From: an uncultured Candidatus Saccharibacteria bacterium
GTDB lineage: Bacteria; Patescibacteriota; Minisyncoccia; 2-02-FULL-40-12; GWA2-44-9
Length of the DNA stretch: 62,533 nucleotides
Reading direction: 5' to 3'
NCBI GenBank assembly: GCA_964436165.1
Contig: CAYTBY010000003.1
Span: forward strand, 1 to 62,533
In this document: positions 49,923-60,044 of the stretch, piece after piece
Numbering within the stretch: position 1 is the first letter of the stretch
Layout of the letters: each line of letters opens with the position of its first letter
Notes under the pieces: model-generated
The model's database searches: none
Told to the model about the DNA's origin: nothing
Seen by the model: the letters and a program-made list of their open reading frames with translations, nothing else
Made by a program: the position numbers and the translations under genes

Positions 49923-52900
49923 TTATTTTCTCACACCAACCCAGATTTTACGCTGTGGCGCCAACTCGAATTCTTTTTCAACATCATACGTCTTCTTACC
50001 TTTTGGACCAGAGACGAGCTCCTTAAGCAATGCCTCCCTTTTGATTTCCTCTGTCCACTCATGGATTGCCCCCGACACTTCCCCATCATCGGAATGCCAT
50101 TGGCCAAATATTTTCTCATCCAGCTTATATTTAGCTTCTTTCCTCATATCCTGGATTTGGCGGATTAGTTCTCTGGCATAACCCTCACCGATAAGAGCCG
50201 GCGATAATTCTGTGTCCAGGATAACTTCTTCCTTCTGATCTTTGTTCAAAACAACTTCTTTAACGTTGAGTTCTTCCTTTACTAAATCGAGTAACTGGTA
50301 ACTGGTAACTGGTAACTGGTAACTGCGAAGGGTTAGCTTCGCCAACGGTTGACGAACTTTTAACTGCTTTTCTTTTCTTATTGCCAATCCCGCCGTAACA
50401 ATATTTCTTACTTCATCCATCTCCTCCTCTAATTTTTTATCAATCAATTTTTTATCTATCTTCGGCCAATCTTGTAAATGAACACTCTCCAGATATTTAG
50501 ACATATCGATATTTCGATGAAGTCTTAAATGAATATCCTCTGCCAAAAAAGGCGTAAACGGAGCAAGAATCTTAGCTAATTCTAAAAGCAAAAACCTCAA
50601 AAGACCGAGAGCTTCCTTTCTTTTTCTTGAACGCCTCAGCCACCAATTCGACAAATCCTCAATCACGAATTTTTCTATTGCCCGGGCCGCAGTTGTCGGG
50701 TCATATTTATCTAAACTTTGCGTTGCTTCATCAATAAGGCCGTTGAGTTTTGAGATAATCCATCTATCGAGAAGGCTTGTATTCTGTATCTTGTATTTTG
50801 TATCTTGTATTTTTGAGTTAGCGTCGGAGTAATAAAGTTCGTAAAAACGAACACAATTTTGAACAGTAAAAATAAAACCCTTTAGCCTTTCCTGGACGCC
50901 TTTCTGGCTTACAACCATCGATTCTCCAATAGTATTGGCGGTATAAAAATACCAGCGGGTGGCATCAACACCGGCAGTATCAAGCAGTTCATTCGGCCTT
51001 ACAACATTACCGATTGATTTGGACATCTTCTTTCCCTTTTCATCCAAAGTATGACCTAAAACCATCACATTCTTGTAGGGATTGCCCTTGCCCAATAAAG
51101 TTGAGATTGCTAAAAGAGTATAAAACCAACCCCGAGTCTGGTCTATCGCTTCAATTATAAAATCTGCTGGGAATTGTTCTTTGAACATCTTTTTACTGTC
51201 AAACGGCTTGCCCTGAACTGTGTCAAAAGGCCAGTGCCATTGAGCATACGGCATCGCCCCAGAATCAAACCAGACATCTATCAAATCCGGCACTTTTTTC
51301 ATTGAAGCTCCGCACTCGCTGCATTTCAAATAAACTGAATCAACAAACGGCCGGTGAAGATCAAGTTCGCCGTATTCGTTTCTGGGTACCAGCTTCCAAT
51401 CAAGCTTTTGAACCTGAGCAAGATCGGAATAGTGGCCACGACCATCTTCTATCTCTGCTAAAATTTCTTTTCCCGTTGCACCAAGAGAGATCTCGGCAAA
51501 AAGCCAGAGCGGGTCGCCATGACTGACAATAAGAATATTTTTACCGAAGTATTTAGACTCCATTTCGTTTACAAAATCGAACACTCTCAACCGGACATCG
51601 TTCCAGCTCTCGCCTATTTCGTGATGCTTGTCATCCATGGTCGCTTTTTTGTCTCTGAAAGGACAACTGCCATGAGGCTTCCCCTCGCATCCGCCATGAA
51701 CTATCTCTGTGAGCCGATCGTCTTTGTTAACTTTGACATGAGTAAGTTTTGCAACAGTTTCAGCAGTTTCCATCGTCCTGATAAGGGGCGAAGAATAGAT
51801 GAGGTCTATTTTATAGTTGTTCTGAATAAATTGAGCTGTTTTTTCCACCTGCTTACGACCCTCGGCAGTAAGGTGATATTTGTCAGCTTTGGAATCGGCG
51901 CTAATTATCATTTTTTTTCGCTCATCCCGAGTAGTATAACCGTGGCGAAGGGTAAAATAAGTGTTTCTTTTTACAATTGCAGCTGTAGCCTGTTTCTCCA
52001 TTTCAGCAATTGAACCGATGACTTTGTAATTATCGCACTTCTGACATTTCCATATCGGTAGCGGTGTCCCCCAATAACGTTCCCGTGAAAAAGCCCAGTC
52101 CTTTCCCTCTTTCAACCATTGACCGAATCGGCCTTCCTTAATATGTCCGGGAAACCAGTTAATCTTCTGGCTATTTTTCAGAAGTTCTTCTTTAACGCCA
52201 GACATTTTGATGAACCAGGAACTTTTAGCGTAGTACAATAATGGCGAATGACACCGCCAACAGAAAGGATAATCATGTTCGTAGCCCTCTTCTTTAAAAA
52301 GTAGTTTTTTATCTTTAAGATAGTCAATCATTTTTTGGGTTGTCTTTTCTTCCGTCGGCTTATCTTTGTGTTTAACGACTAGACCATCGAAATCTTTCCC
52401 GACTCCAACAAATTTACCCTGTTCGTCAACGGTATGAAACTTGGGCAGTCCGAGTTTGGTACCTAAATCATAATCATCTTCACCATACATGACCGCCGTA
52501 TGGACAACGCCCGTACCTTCTTCAGTTGAAACAAAATCGGCATCGTAGACTTTATATGATGTTCGTGATTTTAATTCTTTAATGTCGAAAGGGGGTTCAT
52601 ATTCAAGGCCGACAAAGTCACTGCCTTTGTATTTTGTATCTTGTATTTTGTATCCTGTATCGGATCCAAGAACCTTATTTACCAGATCTTCGGCTAATAT
52701 AAAATGTTCCCCCTCTTTTTCGGCAATTACATAGCTAATATCCTTCCCGACAGCCAGAGCGACATTCCCCGGAAGCGTCCAAGGTGTCGTTGTCCAAGCG
52801 AGAATACAGGAATTAGGAAGTAGTTTGTAGGATTTAGGGTTTTTAATTTTAAATTTCACAATAACTGACCTATCAGTTATTGTGCGGTATCCTTGCGCAA

Positions 52901-53489
52901 CTTCATGAGATGAAATCGACGTTCCGCATCTGGCGCAATAAGGCACGACTTTGTGAGCAAGATACAACAGCTTCTTGTTCCATATTTGCTGGATTATATA
53001 CCAGAGCGTCTCAATATAATTATTTTCATAAGTAATATAGGGATCTTTCATATCCAGCCAGAATCCCATTTTTCGAGTCATCTCCTCCCATTCGGCCTTA
53101 TATTTCCAGACGCTTTCCCTGGCTTTTTTATTAAATTTTTCGATGCCGTAATTTTCTATATCTTTTTTAGACTTAAAACCCAATTCTTTTTCTACCTCAA
53201 TTTCCACCGGCAAACCATGGGTGTCCCAGCCGGCTTTACGCAAAACAAAAAAGCCCTGCATTGTTTTGTATCGGCCATAAAGATCTTTATAGACCCTGGT
53301 TAAAAAGTGGCCGATGTGGGGCAAACCATTGGCTGTCGGCGGGCCCTCAAAAAACACAAAGCGTTTGCCTGCCCGCCGAAGTCTTGACGAAGGAGGGGCT
53401 TTTTTGCGGGCCTCCAGAGATTTATCAAAAATATGGTTTTTATGCCAAAACTCAAGAATTTTATGTTCTGTATCCTTAAAATCGTACAT
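49923..53489 (-). CDS. ileS: Isoleucyl-tRNA synthetase (type 2) with an inserted histidine-phosphatase domain
   Basis: FFEGPPTANG...HIGH, GWDTHGLP, FSRERYWG and KMSKS motifs; insert carries LRHG...SHG. Confidence 0.96.
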   Translation of the reverse strand: MYDFKDTEHKILEFWHKNHIFDKSLEARKKAPPSSRLRRAGKRFVFFEGPPTANGLPHIGHFLTRVYKDLYGRYKTMQGFFVLRKAGWDTHGLPVEIEVEKELGFKSKKDIENYGIEKFNKKARESVWKYKAEWEEMTRKMGFWLDMKDPYITYENNYIETLWYIIQQIWNKKLLYLAHKVVPYCARCGTSISSHEVAQGYRTITDRSVIVKFKIKNPKSYKLLPNSCILAWTTTPWTLPGNVALAVGKDISYVIAEKEGEHFILAEDLVNKVLGSDTGYKIQDTKYKGSDFVGLEYEPPFDIKELKSRTSYKVYDADFVSTEEGTGVVHTAVMYGEDDYDLGTKLGLPKFHTVDEQGKFVGVGKDFDGLVVKHKDKPTEEKTTQKMIDYLKDKKLLFKEEGYEHDYPFCWRCHSPLLYYAKSSWFIKMSGVKEELLKNSQKINWFPGHIKEGRFGQWLKEGKDWAFSRERYWGTPLPIWKCQKCDNYKVIGSIAEMEKQATAAIVKRNTYFTLRHGYTTRDERKKMIISADSKADKYHLTAEGRKQVEKTAQFIQNNYKIDLIYSSPLIRTMETAETVAKLTHVKVNKDDRLTEIVHGGCEGKPHGSCPFRDKKATMDDKHHEIGESWNDVRLRVFDFVNEMESKYFGKNILIVSHGDPLWLFAEISLGATGKEILAEIEDGRGHYSDLAQVQKLDWKLVPRNEYGELDLHRPFVDSVYLKCSECGASMKKVPDLIDVWFDSGAMPYAQWHWPFDTVQGKPFDSKKMFKEQFPADFIIEAIDQTRGWFYTLLAISTLLGKGNPYKNVMVLGHTLDEKGKKMSKSIGNVVRPNELLDTAGVDATRWYFYTANTIGESMVVSQKGVQERLKGFIFTVQNCVRFYELYYSDANSKIQDTKYKIQNTSLLDRWIISKLNGLIDEATQSLDKYDPTTAARAIEKFVIEDLSNWWLRRSRKRKEALGLLRFLLLELAKILAPFTPFLAEDIHLRLHRNIDMSKYLESVHLQDWPKIDKKLIDKKLEEEMDEVRNIVTAGLAIRKEKQLKVRQPLAKLTLRSYQLPVTSYQLLDLVKEELNVKEVVLNKDQKEEVILDTELSPALIGEGYARELIRQIQDMRKEAKYKLDEKIFGQWHSDDGEVSGAIHEWTEEIKREALLKELVSGPKGKKTYDVEKEFELAPQRKIWVGVRK
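50291..50325. repeat. (GTAACTG)x5 tandem array within ileS
   Basis: Five perfect heptamers; translate as SYQLPVTSYQL. Confidence 0.9.
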
Positions 53490-53529
53490 GGAGTTAATTT
53501 TACCTGTTTTTTGATAAAAAACAAATTAA

Positions 53530-54000
53530 ATGATAGGATTTAGCTTAGCTATCTACACCATGAGAAGGGCTTTCTTTTTTTTAGTTTTAATCTTTATAAT
53601 CAATATTCCGGGCCTATATTACGGCTGGTATTTGAAGTGGGATTGGTTTGATACTACTCTTCACTTTTTAGGAGGATTTTTTGTGGCAATGTTCATGGCT
53701 GAATATCTCAAAGATCGCCTAATTACAAAAAACCAGAGCACTAATGATACTAGTGCTCTGGTAAAAAATACCCTCATCATCGTTGGAGCAACTGTTTTTA
53801 TAGGCGTAGTCTGGGAATTCTCAGAATATATCGCCAACCAAACCTTAATAGAACCGTTTTACCGGTGGTTCGGCATCAGAGCATACTTTATGGGTGATCT
53901 TCAAGACACCGTCAACGACCTTCTAATGGATATCTTGGGAGCAGCCTCACTAGTAACTTGGTTCCGACTATTTAAACATAGGAACTCAAATTCTCTCTAA
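53530..54000 (+). CDS. Membrane protein (VanZ/DUF2238-like)
   Basis: DTTLHFLGG, VVWEFSEY and DTVNDLLMD motifs. Confidence 0.7.
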   Translation: MIGFSLAIYTMRRAFFFLVLIFIINIPGLYYGWYLKWDWFDTTLHFLGGFFVAMFMAEYLKDRLITKNQSTNDTSALVKNTLIIVGATVFIGVVWEFSEYIANQTLIEPFYRWFGIRAYFMGDLQDTVNDLLMDILGAASLVTWFRLFKHRNSNSL

Positions 54001-55707
54001 AGTCTCTATCCCGAGCAGATTCAATCCCCTCTTTAATACAGAGGCGGTAGTTTCGACTAACAAGAGACGGACATTGCGGCGGCTGATATTCTCATCCTCT
54101 AATATACGAACTTGCTCATAAAATTGGTTGGCTCTATGGGCTAGTTCGTAAAGATAAAGAGCAAGTCCATTAAGAGTATTGAGTCTTGCACTTTCGACAA
54201 TAATCTCCGGGAAATCAAGCAAATGACGCATTAGAGTTCTACTGACTGGCTCGCTCAGCATTGATAGATCATCGGCTTCGTATTTACCCGCTTTATTTAA
54301 AATACTCGCCAGCCTGGCATACGTATACTGGATATACGGCCCGCTATTGCCAGACAGATCAAGCATCGCCTTCCAGTCAAAAGTAATATCTGAATAAGGA
54401 TGTTGCTTGAGGTCGTTATATTTTAAAGCGCCGATACTAACCACTCTGGCAATTTTTTGGGCTTCTTCTTCATTTAAATTGGGGGTTTTTTCTTTAACAG
54501 TTTTGAAAGCCAAATCATTAAGCCTGTCTATCACCTCTTGCAATGGCACGACTTTTCCTTCGCGCGTCGCAAGCTTTTTGCCGTCTTCACCTAAAACCAT
54601 GCCGAATTTTACATGAACTAATTCTGCGTTAATCCAACCGAGTTTTTTAGCAATCGCAAAAAGCTGTTCAAAGTGAAGGGCTTGCTGGTTTGCAACAACA
54701 TATAAAATTTTATTGGCATGATAATTTTTTATCCTGTCTTCCAAACTGGCAATATCGCGAGTAATATAAAGAGTTGCGCCATCTGATTTACGAAGCATGG
54801 CCGGCGGTAAATTATCAAGTTCTATAATTAAAGCGCCCTCGCTTTCTTTGACTAGGCCTTTCTTTTTTAATTCTTCGATAACTTTCTTCAATTCAGGCTC
54901 ATAATCACTCTCGCCCTTGACAATCATTTTCTCAAAATTTATATTAATTTCACTGTATACTTTCTTAAACTCTGTTAGAGAAATATTCCTATATTTCCCC
55001 CACAACTCCCAATCTTCTTCGTCTTTATTCTCTAATTTTTTAAACTCTAAACGAGCCTTTTCTTCAAGCTCTGGATTTTGTTTTTCCTTTTTTGAAAAAT
55101 CAACATACATACCCAACATTGAAGAGACGGTATCATTGGGTCCAAAGTTTTTAAAAATAGGGAATGCTTTTTTAAATTTATAAGAAACCTGGCCCTTGCG
55201 TGCCGCTATAATCTTCCCAAACTGCGTTCCCCAGTCTCCAATAAAATTCCATCTGACGACTTTGTAGCCTAGATTTTCATAAACATTAGCCAACGCATCA
55301 CCGATAATTGTCGAGCGCAAATGGCCGATGTGCATCGGTTTGGCAATGTTCGGAGAAGAATACTCAACTATTACTTTTCTGCCTCTGCCCTCGGCGCTTT
55401 GTCCGTAATCCTTGTCAGAACTTATCTCGACTAGCTTTTTTTGTAGAAATTCGTAACTTAAGTAAAAATTAATAAACCCGTTTCCGGCCAGTTCGATCTT
55501 ATCAAAATACTTTTTAAATTCTTCGCTGTTTAAAAGTTTAATGACTAATTCCTTGCCAATTTCCCTTGGGTTTCCGCCTTCTTTTTTAGCCAACACAAAA
55601 GCCAGATTAACCGAATAATCCCCCATTTTCTCATCGGGAGGGGTTAGTACATCAAAATCAATATCCGGATAGAATTCGTTTATTTTATTCTTCAGCCAAG
55701 ATCTCAT
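53986..55707 (-). CDS. argS: Arginyl-tRNA synthetase
   Basis: EYSSPNIAKPMHIGHLRST, GDWGTQFG and GPYIQYTYAR motifs. Confidence 0.98.
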   Translation of the reverse strand: MRSWLKNKINEFYPDIDFDVLTPPDEKMGDYSVNLAFVLAKKEGGNPREIGKELVIKLLNSEEFKKYFDKIELAGNGFINFYLSYEFLQKKLVEISSDKDYGQSAEGRGRKVIVEYSSPNIAKPMHIGHLRSTIIGDALANVYENLGYKVVRWNFIGDWGTQFGKIIAARKGQVSYKFKKAFPIFKNFGPNDTVSSMLGMYVDFSKKEKQNPELEEKARLEFKKLENKDEEDWELWGKYRNISLTEFKKVYSEININFEKMIVKGESDYEPELKKVIEELKKKGLVKESEGALIIELDNLPPAMLRKSDGATLYITRDIASLEDRIKNYHANKILYVVANQQALHFEQLFAIAKKLGWINAELVHVKFGMVLGEDGKKLATREGKVVPLQEVIDRLNDLAFKTVKEKTPNLNEEEAQKIARVVSIGALKYNDLKQHPYSDITFDWKAMLDLSGNSGPYIQYTYARLASILNKAGKYEADDLSMLSEPVSRTLMRHLLDFPEIIVESARLNTLNGLALYLYELAHRANQFYEQVRILEDENISRRNVRLLLVETTASVLKRGLNLLGIETLERI

Positions 55708-55766
55708 GGGTTAATCTTAATATAGCCGAAAAACGGCAAATAAAAAAGGGTGTGATCTCTGGAGAT

Positions 55767-56204
55767 CTAACCCTTTTTTTCTTCATATCTTACCCGGGAT
55801 TCATCAATAAATCCTTGTAGTATTTTTATTTGATGCTTATCAAGGAGCCGATAATATAAATCTGTAAATTCTATTACCTTGTCTTCTTCCCAATTGAACT
55901 CTTTCTTTTTACGGCCTCTCCCTCTGACCTTTTTTAATTCCTTCCAGGGAATTTTTGCGGCCGCTCTCTCCCAGACAGTACACAAAACCAAATGACCCAG
56001 CTCGTGAATAAGGATTCTCGGAGTTCCGTCATCTATGTCAAGATAAATGGTCTTACTCCCATAATTGGTAAGTCCCGTATAGTTTCTCTCCTTGATAATC
56101 TTGGATTTCTTAAAATCCTTAATGACAAGGACCCAGCCTGAATTAACAAAGAATTCCATCAAAAGTTCAAAGAGCCAGCTGTGAAATTTATGGCCTTTTC
56201 TCAC
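55767..56204 (-). CDS. Hypothetical protein with an HExxH motif
   Basis: ILIHELGH. Confidence 0.55.
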   Translation of the reverse strand: MRKGHKFHSWLFELLMEFFVNSGWVLVIKDFKKSKIIKERNYTGLTNYGSKTIYLDIDDGTPRILIHELGHLVLCTVWERAAAKIPWKELKKVRGRGRKKKEFNWEEDKVIEFTDLYYRLLDKHQIKILQGFIDESRVRYEEKKG

Positions 56205-56308
56205 GCCTTGTCCTTTATAAAGAACTATGCCCTTTACTAATTTTATTCCTTAATAAAGCCGAAAACAAATCCCATGACCCTGACAAAAATAAAACGACGT
56301 TAAGCCGT

Positions 56309-56944
56309 TTATAATTCAAATGGTAAAGTATCGACGATTTCGTCAATTAACCCGTTGGACCCGAATTTCAATGCAGCTTTAGCATCAAGCCAAACATCAG
56401 TTTTGCGAAGTTGCGCCGCAAGCTCCTTAATGTCGAGCCCTGTTCTATCGGCAAGCTGTCCTAAGACTATATTATTAATCCTTTTAATCTCGGCATTCCT
56501 TTCGTCACTTTCGCTGGCGTTCTCAGTAGCCATTATAACCTGGCTGACCTCATGGATCATGAACTGAGTAGACGGCAAAGAATATCTCCGTTTTGCGGCC
56601 TGCAAAATACCGGCACCCATTGAAGCAACCAGGCCCATACAGAGAATATTTATGTTTAACCCTTTTTTAACAAAAGCTCTGATAAGGTCGTACATCGCAA
56701 ATCCTTCATCAACCTGACCGCCGGGAGATTTAAGAATCAACCAAATCTCCTTATCGGGCTCGGTCTTGTGCAGATTACCGATGGACAGCAACAGACTGAA
56801 AGTAACCCCTTCCAGTATAGGACCCCCAATAAGAAACACTCCCTTTTCGGCAAAAGCAGTAAGCTTTTCATCAATCGGATCAAGCCTGATTGATCGATGA
56901 ATGTCTCTGGATTTTATAATCTCCGGTTTCTTAGTCTCGGCCAT
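56309..56944 (-). CDS. clpP: ClpP-family protease subunit
   Basis: SPGG, VASMGA (Ser), MIHE (His), DVWL (Asp). Confidence 0.88.
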   Translation of the reverse strand: MAETKKPEIIKSRDIHRSIRLDPIDEKLTAFAEKGVFLIGGPILEGVTFSLLLSIGNLHKTEPDKEIWLILKSPGGQVDEGFAMYDLIRAFVKKGLNINILCMGLVASMGAGILQAAKRRYSLPSTQFMIHEVSQVIMATENASESDERNAEIKRINNIVLGQLADRTGLDIKELAAQLRKTDVWLDAKAALKFGSNGLIDEIVDTLPFEL

Positions 56945-57012
56945 TTTAACCTCATTATAAAGAACTATTTTAAATATACAGATAAAATATATTCTGTAAA
57001 GGCTGGCTGAGG

Positions 57013-57603
57013 TTAAATGTAAAACCGCCAGAGTTTATCTTTCCACTTTCCCGCATAATCAACACCAATTCTTTTGCCTTTTTTTATTTTTTTAGGACTT
57101 TCCCCGAGTTCTATCCACAATTCCCTGCTTTTAGTTATATCTATGCCGTTCAGTTTTTTGTCTATTTTTAGCTCCCGGCATAATATTCCCGGCCCGTTCA
57201 GAATAGGTTTTAGGTTGTAGGTTTTAGGTGTTAGTTTGGAATTTTTAATTTTCGGGCTTTGTTTAAGATTTAGGATTTCGGATTTCGGATTTATTATTTC
57301 CGCTCTTCTTATCAACACTGCTTCCGGACATCCTTCTTCCCTAGTTACCACGTTCAGGCAGTGATACATCCCATAAATCATATATACGTATGCGTAGCCT
57401 GGCGGGCCGAACATTATTTTTGTTCTCGGCGTCAGACCCTTCGAGGCATGGCAAGCCAGATCTTTTGTCCCGCAATAGGCTTCGGTTTCGGTAATTTTGA
57501 CTCTGATCATCTTGCCGCCTATCTGTCTACATAAATACTTGCCAAGTAATTGCTTAGCCACGATTACGGTGTTCCTATTGAAAAAATTTCTTTTTAATCG
57601 CAT
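57013..57603 (-). CDS. 3-methyladenine DNA glycosylase (MPG/Aag) with a heptamer-derived insertion
   Basis: ITETEAY, YVYMIYGMYHCLNVV, EAVLIR, GPG and RIGV motifs; start placed at MRLKRNFF. Confidence 0.9.
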   Translation of the reverse strand: MRLKRNFFNRNTVIVAKQLLGKYLCRQIGGKMIRVKITETEAYCGTKDLACHASKGLTPRTKIMFGPPGYAYVYMIYGMYHCLNVVTREEGCPEAVLIRRAEIINPKSEILNLKQSPKIKNSKLTPKTYNLKPILNGPGILCRELKIDKKLNGIDITKSRELWIELGESPKKIKKGKRIGVDYAGKWKDKLWRFYI

Positions 57604-57622
57604 AATAGTATCATACAAACAA

Positions 57623-57692
57623 TCTGTATCTGGTATCTGGTATTTTGTATCTTGTATACTAAATACTAAATACAAAATACAAAATACAAAAA
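57623..57692. repeat. Inverted pair of heptamer arrays between divergent genes
   Basis: (TATYTKG)n followed by (AAAATAC)n. Confidence 0.8.
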
Positions 57693-58730
57693 TTGAACTC
57701 CCTCGACTACGACAAATTGACAATCGATGCAGTAAAGAAGGTCTCTCCCAGCGTCGTTAGTATTGTTATATCAAAACATCTGCCCCAACTTAAGGGCATG
57801 TACCCGGCTCCGTTCTTAAACCCATTTGCTTTTGGAGGTACTGACCCTGGCCAGACAGAAAAAGTAAAAGTCGGCGGCGGCTCTGGTTTCGTCGTTCATC
57901 CCGATGGTCTGATACTAACCAACAAACATGTTGTTTTTGATGCTGATTCTGAATATACAGTAATAACCACTGATTTAAAAGAATATCCGGCCAAGGTCGT
58001 CTCAAGCGACCCGATCAATGACATCGCCGTTTTGAAAATAAGCGCCACGGGTCTGCCGGCCGTTCTCCTAGGAAATTCCAGCAAGCTCGAACCCGGCCAA
58101 ACCGTAATTGCCATCGGCAATGCTTTGGGTCTTTTCTCTAACACCGTATCAAAGGGAATAATTTCAGGCCTATCAAGGAAAATATCAGCTTCGCTTGGTA
58201 CGGGCGGACAGATGGAACATCTACGAGGAGTTCTCCAGACTGATGTTGCCATTAACCAAGGCAATTCTGGTGGTCCCCTAATTGATCTAGAAGGAGAAGT
58301 TGTCGGCATTAATACGGCTATCATCTATGGCGCTCAAAACATCGGATTTTCCATACCCATCAACTGGGCCAAACAAGACCTGGAAGACATAATCAAGCAC
58401 GGCCGAATAATCAAACCATTTATTGGACTTCAATATGTAATGCTCGGCAAGGAACTAAAAGAAAAGTATAAACTGCCGGTTGATCATGGCGCTTTAGTTG
58501 TCCGCGATCATGTCCCCGGTTCAGTGGCCGTAGTTCCCAACTCCCCCGCCCATAAGGCCGGGGTAGTCGAGAATGATATTATAACCGCCCTAAACGGCGA
58601 AGAGCTGACCGAAGAAAAAGATCTTCAGGACATTATCCAGCAATGCGCTGTCGGCGATAATATAGAGCTCAAAGTCCTCCGCAAAAACGAGACGCTCAAT
58701 CTCAAAACGAAACTCGTGGAGAGAAAATAA
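57693..58730 (+). CDS. HtrA/DegP-family serine protease (TTG start)
   Basis: GSGF, TNKHV, NDIAVL and INQGNSGGPL motifs, then one PDZ domain. Confidence 0.93.
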   Translation: MNSLDYDKLTIDAVKKVSPSVVSIVISKHLPQLKGMYPAPFLNPFAFGGTDPGQTEKVKVGGGSGFVVHPDGLILTNKHVVFDADSEYTVITTDLKEYPAKVVSSDPINDIAVLKISATGLPAVLLGNSSKLEPGQTVIAIGNALGLFSNTVSKGIISGLSRKISASLGTGGQMEHLRGVLQTDVAINQGNSGGPLIDLEGEVVGINTAIIYGAQNIGFSIPINWAKQDLEDIIKHGRIIKPFIGLQYVMLGKELKEKYKLPVDHGALVVRDHVPGSVAVVPNSPAHKAGVVENDIITALNGEELTEEKDLQDIIQQCAVGDNIELKVLRKNETLNLKTKLVERK

Positions 58731-58731
58731 C

Positions 58732-59088
58732 ATGACTGAAGGAAAACTTGAACGAACATTAAACAAAGAGACTGAAGCGGCTGAAAAAGCTGAAGGAATT
58801 AAGTTGGAGAATATTGAAATAGGTGAAAAATTAAAAATAACCACACAAAATACAGAATACCTTCTCGAGCACAGAGAAGACGGTTTTTATCTTTCCGGCC
58901 ACAAAAAATACTGCCCGACACCAAGAAAAGCTCAAATAAACGGTTCTACCTGGGGAGGCCATGCTATAATGCCCGGCTTCATAGGAGTCGGAATGCATAT
59001 GGAAATTAGGTCAATAGAAGGAGTTGATATAACCGGGGATGCAATAACAACCTCAATAATAAAAAGCATAGAAAAAATTAGAGTATAG
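58732..59088 (+). CDS. Hypothetical protein
   Basis: 118-aa ORF directly after htrA. Confidence 0.65.
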   Translation: MTEGKLERTLNKETEAAEKAEGIKLENIEIGEKLKITTQNTEYLLEHREDGFYLSGHKKYCPTPRKAQINGSTWGGHAIMPGFIGVGMHMEIRSIEGVDITGDAITTSIIKSIEKIRV

Positions 59089-59129
59089 AAAAGGGGCGTG
59101 TTGCCACAGCCCCCAGTTCTGCTTAATCA

Positions 59130-59651
59130 TCAACGAATCAACGTTTTTGTCGCCCATGGATTATGAATCATATTACTGCTATATAGTTCAGAAAGGGCTT
59201 TCTGAGCTTCAGCTATTGTGTGGTAGCGACCAAGCTCATGTTTATTTGAACCATCTCGTAGAATCAAGACCTGTTTTCCAGAACGGTCAGAGGATACATA
59301 GATCTGATACCGCCCCGAGGAAGTTATGTATAATGGATTTCCACCGGCACGCCGTGGTGCGCTCCCTTTTATTCGTGCAAACCGCAAGGGTCGAGGCGCA
59401 CGTAAATACGCTTCGGCAGCGGCTATATTATCATTACCATGAAGATCTGGCGGCAACTCTCTGAAGTGGCGAAGACAAAAAGCGAAATCTGGCAACTTGG
59501 TTCGACCTTGGCAAATTCGGCAAAAACTTCCGCCGTTTTTGCAAACAGATGCACGAAAAGCAGCTCTCTTAAGTGCCCCCAGGCGTGAACCATTATCCAT
59601 AACTTCTCTCCTTTTTTCTTCTGTGAAATAGCTTAATCTAAACTCTAACAC
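59130..59651 (-). CDS. Hypothetical protein with a CxxC...FCxxH zinc-finger-like motif
   Basis: CRICQ...FCLRHFRELP; true start is probably MDNGS. Confidence 0.55.
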   Translation of the reverse strand: MLEFRLSYFTEEKRREVMDNGSRLGALKRAAFRASVCKNGGSFCRICQGRTKLPDFAFCLRHFRELPPDLHGNDNIAAAEAYLRAPRPLRFARIKGSAPRRAGGNPLYITSSGRYQIYVSSDRSGKQVLILRDGSNKHELGRYHTIAEAQKALSELYSSNMIHNPWATKTLIR

Positions 59652-59708
59652 ACCTAAATTAAAAAGTCAATATTTAAACCTCTCATAAATTAAGTTACGC
59701 TAGCCAAT

Positions 59709-59828
59709 ATGAAACCCTCTACATTTGTTACAATCCCCAGCGAGATAACCGGCAACGAAGAATTAGTAGTGCTTTCTCGCCGAGATCTGGAGAAGATATT
59801 AAAAAACAGAGTAAATTACCTACTTTGA
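59709..59828 (+). pseudogene. Possible antitoxin remnant (39 aa)
   Basis: MKPSTFVTIPSEITGNEELVVLSRRDLEKILK resembles the N-terminus of small antitoxins; lies directly upstream of a TA pair. Confidence 0.35.
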
Positions 59829-59852
59829 GATCATTAAAGACTTTCTGTTAAT

Positions 59853-60044
59853 ATGCCTCAAGTTATTACAAATAAAAAAAGTGATATAACCATTACTGAA
59901 CTCATGAAAGAAATGAGAGAACTTAAGGTAAAACTTAACAAATTTATGGGGCTGATTCCGGAGGAAAGCATAAAAGAGTACAAAAATTCAGAGCAAATCA
60001 AAAAAGATTACCTTGCGGCGATCAAATCTCATCCCCCTCAGTAA
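59853..60044 (+). CDS. Putative antitoxin
   Basis: 63 aa; its stop overlaps the start of a RelE-like gene. Confidence 0.65.
   Translation: MPQVITNKKSDITITELMKEMRELKVKLNKFMGLIPEESIKEYKNSEQIKKDYLAAIKSHPPQ

Noticed and set aside
51519-52013. Long antisense ORFs (also 20293-20739, 31227-31655, 57896-58324 and others)
   Set aside because: They are shadows of well-supported genes on the opposite strand.
50291-57692. CRISPR array
   Set aside because: The repeats are contiguous 7-mers without unique spacers, and there are no cas genes in the window.
57604-57723. Long N-terminal extensions of mpg (also pepE to 49774, guaB-like to 36430, secE to 27552)
   Set aside because: The extensions run through repeats or non-homologous sequence, and downstream ATGs match the family N-termini.
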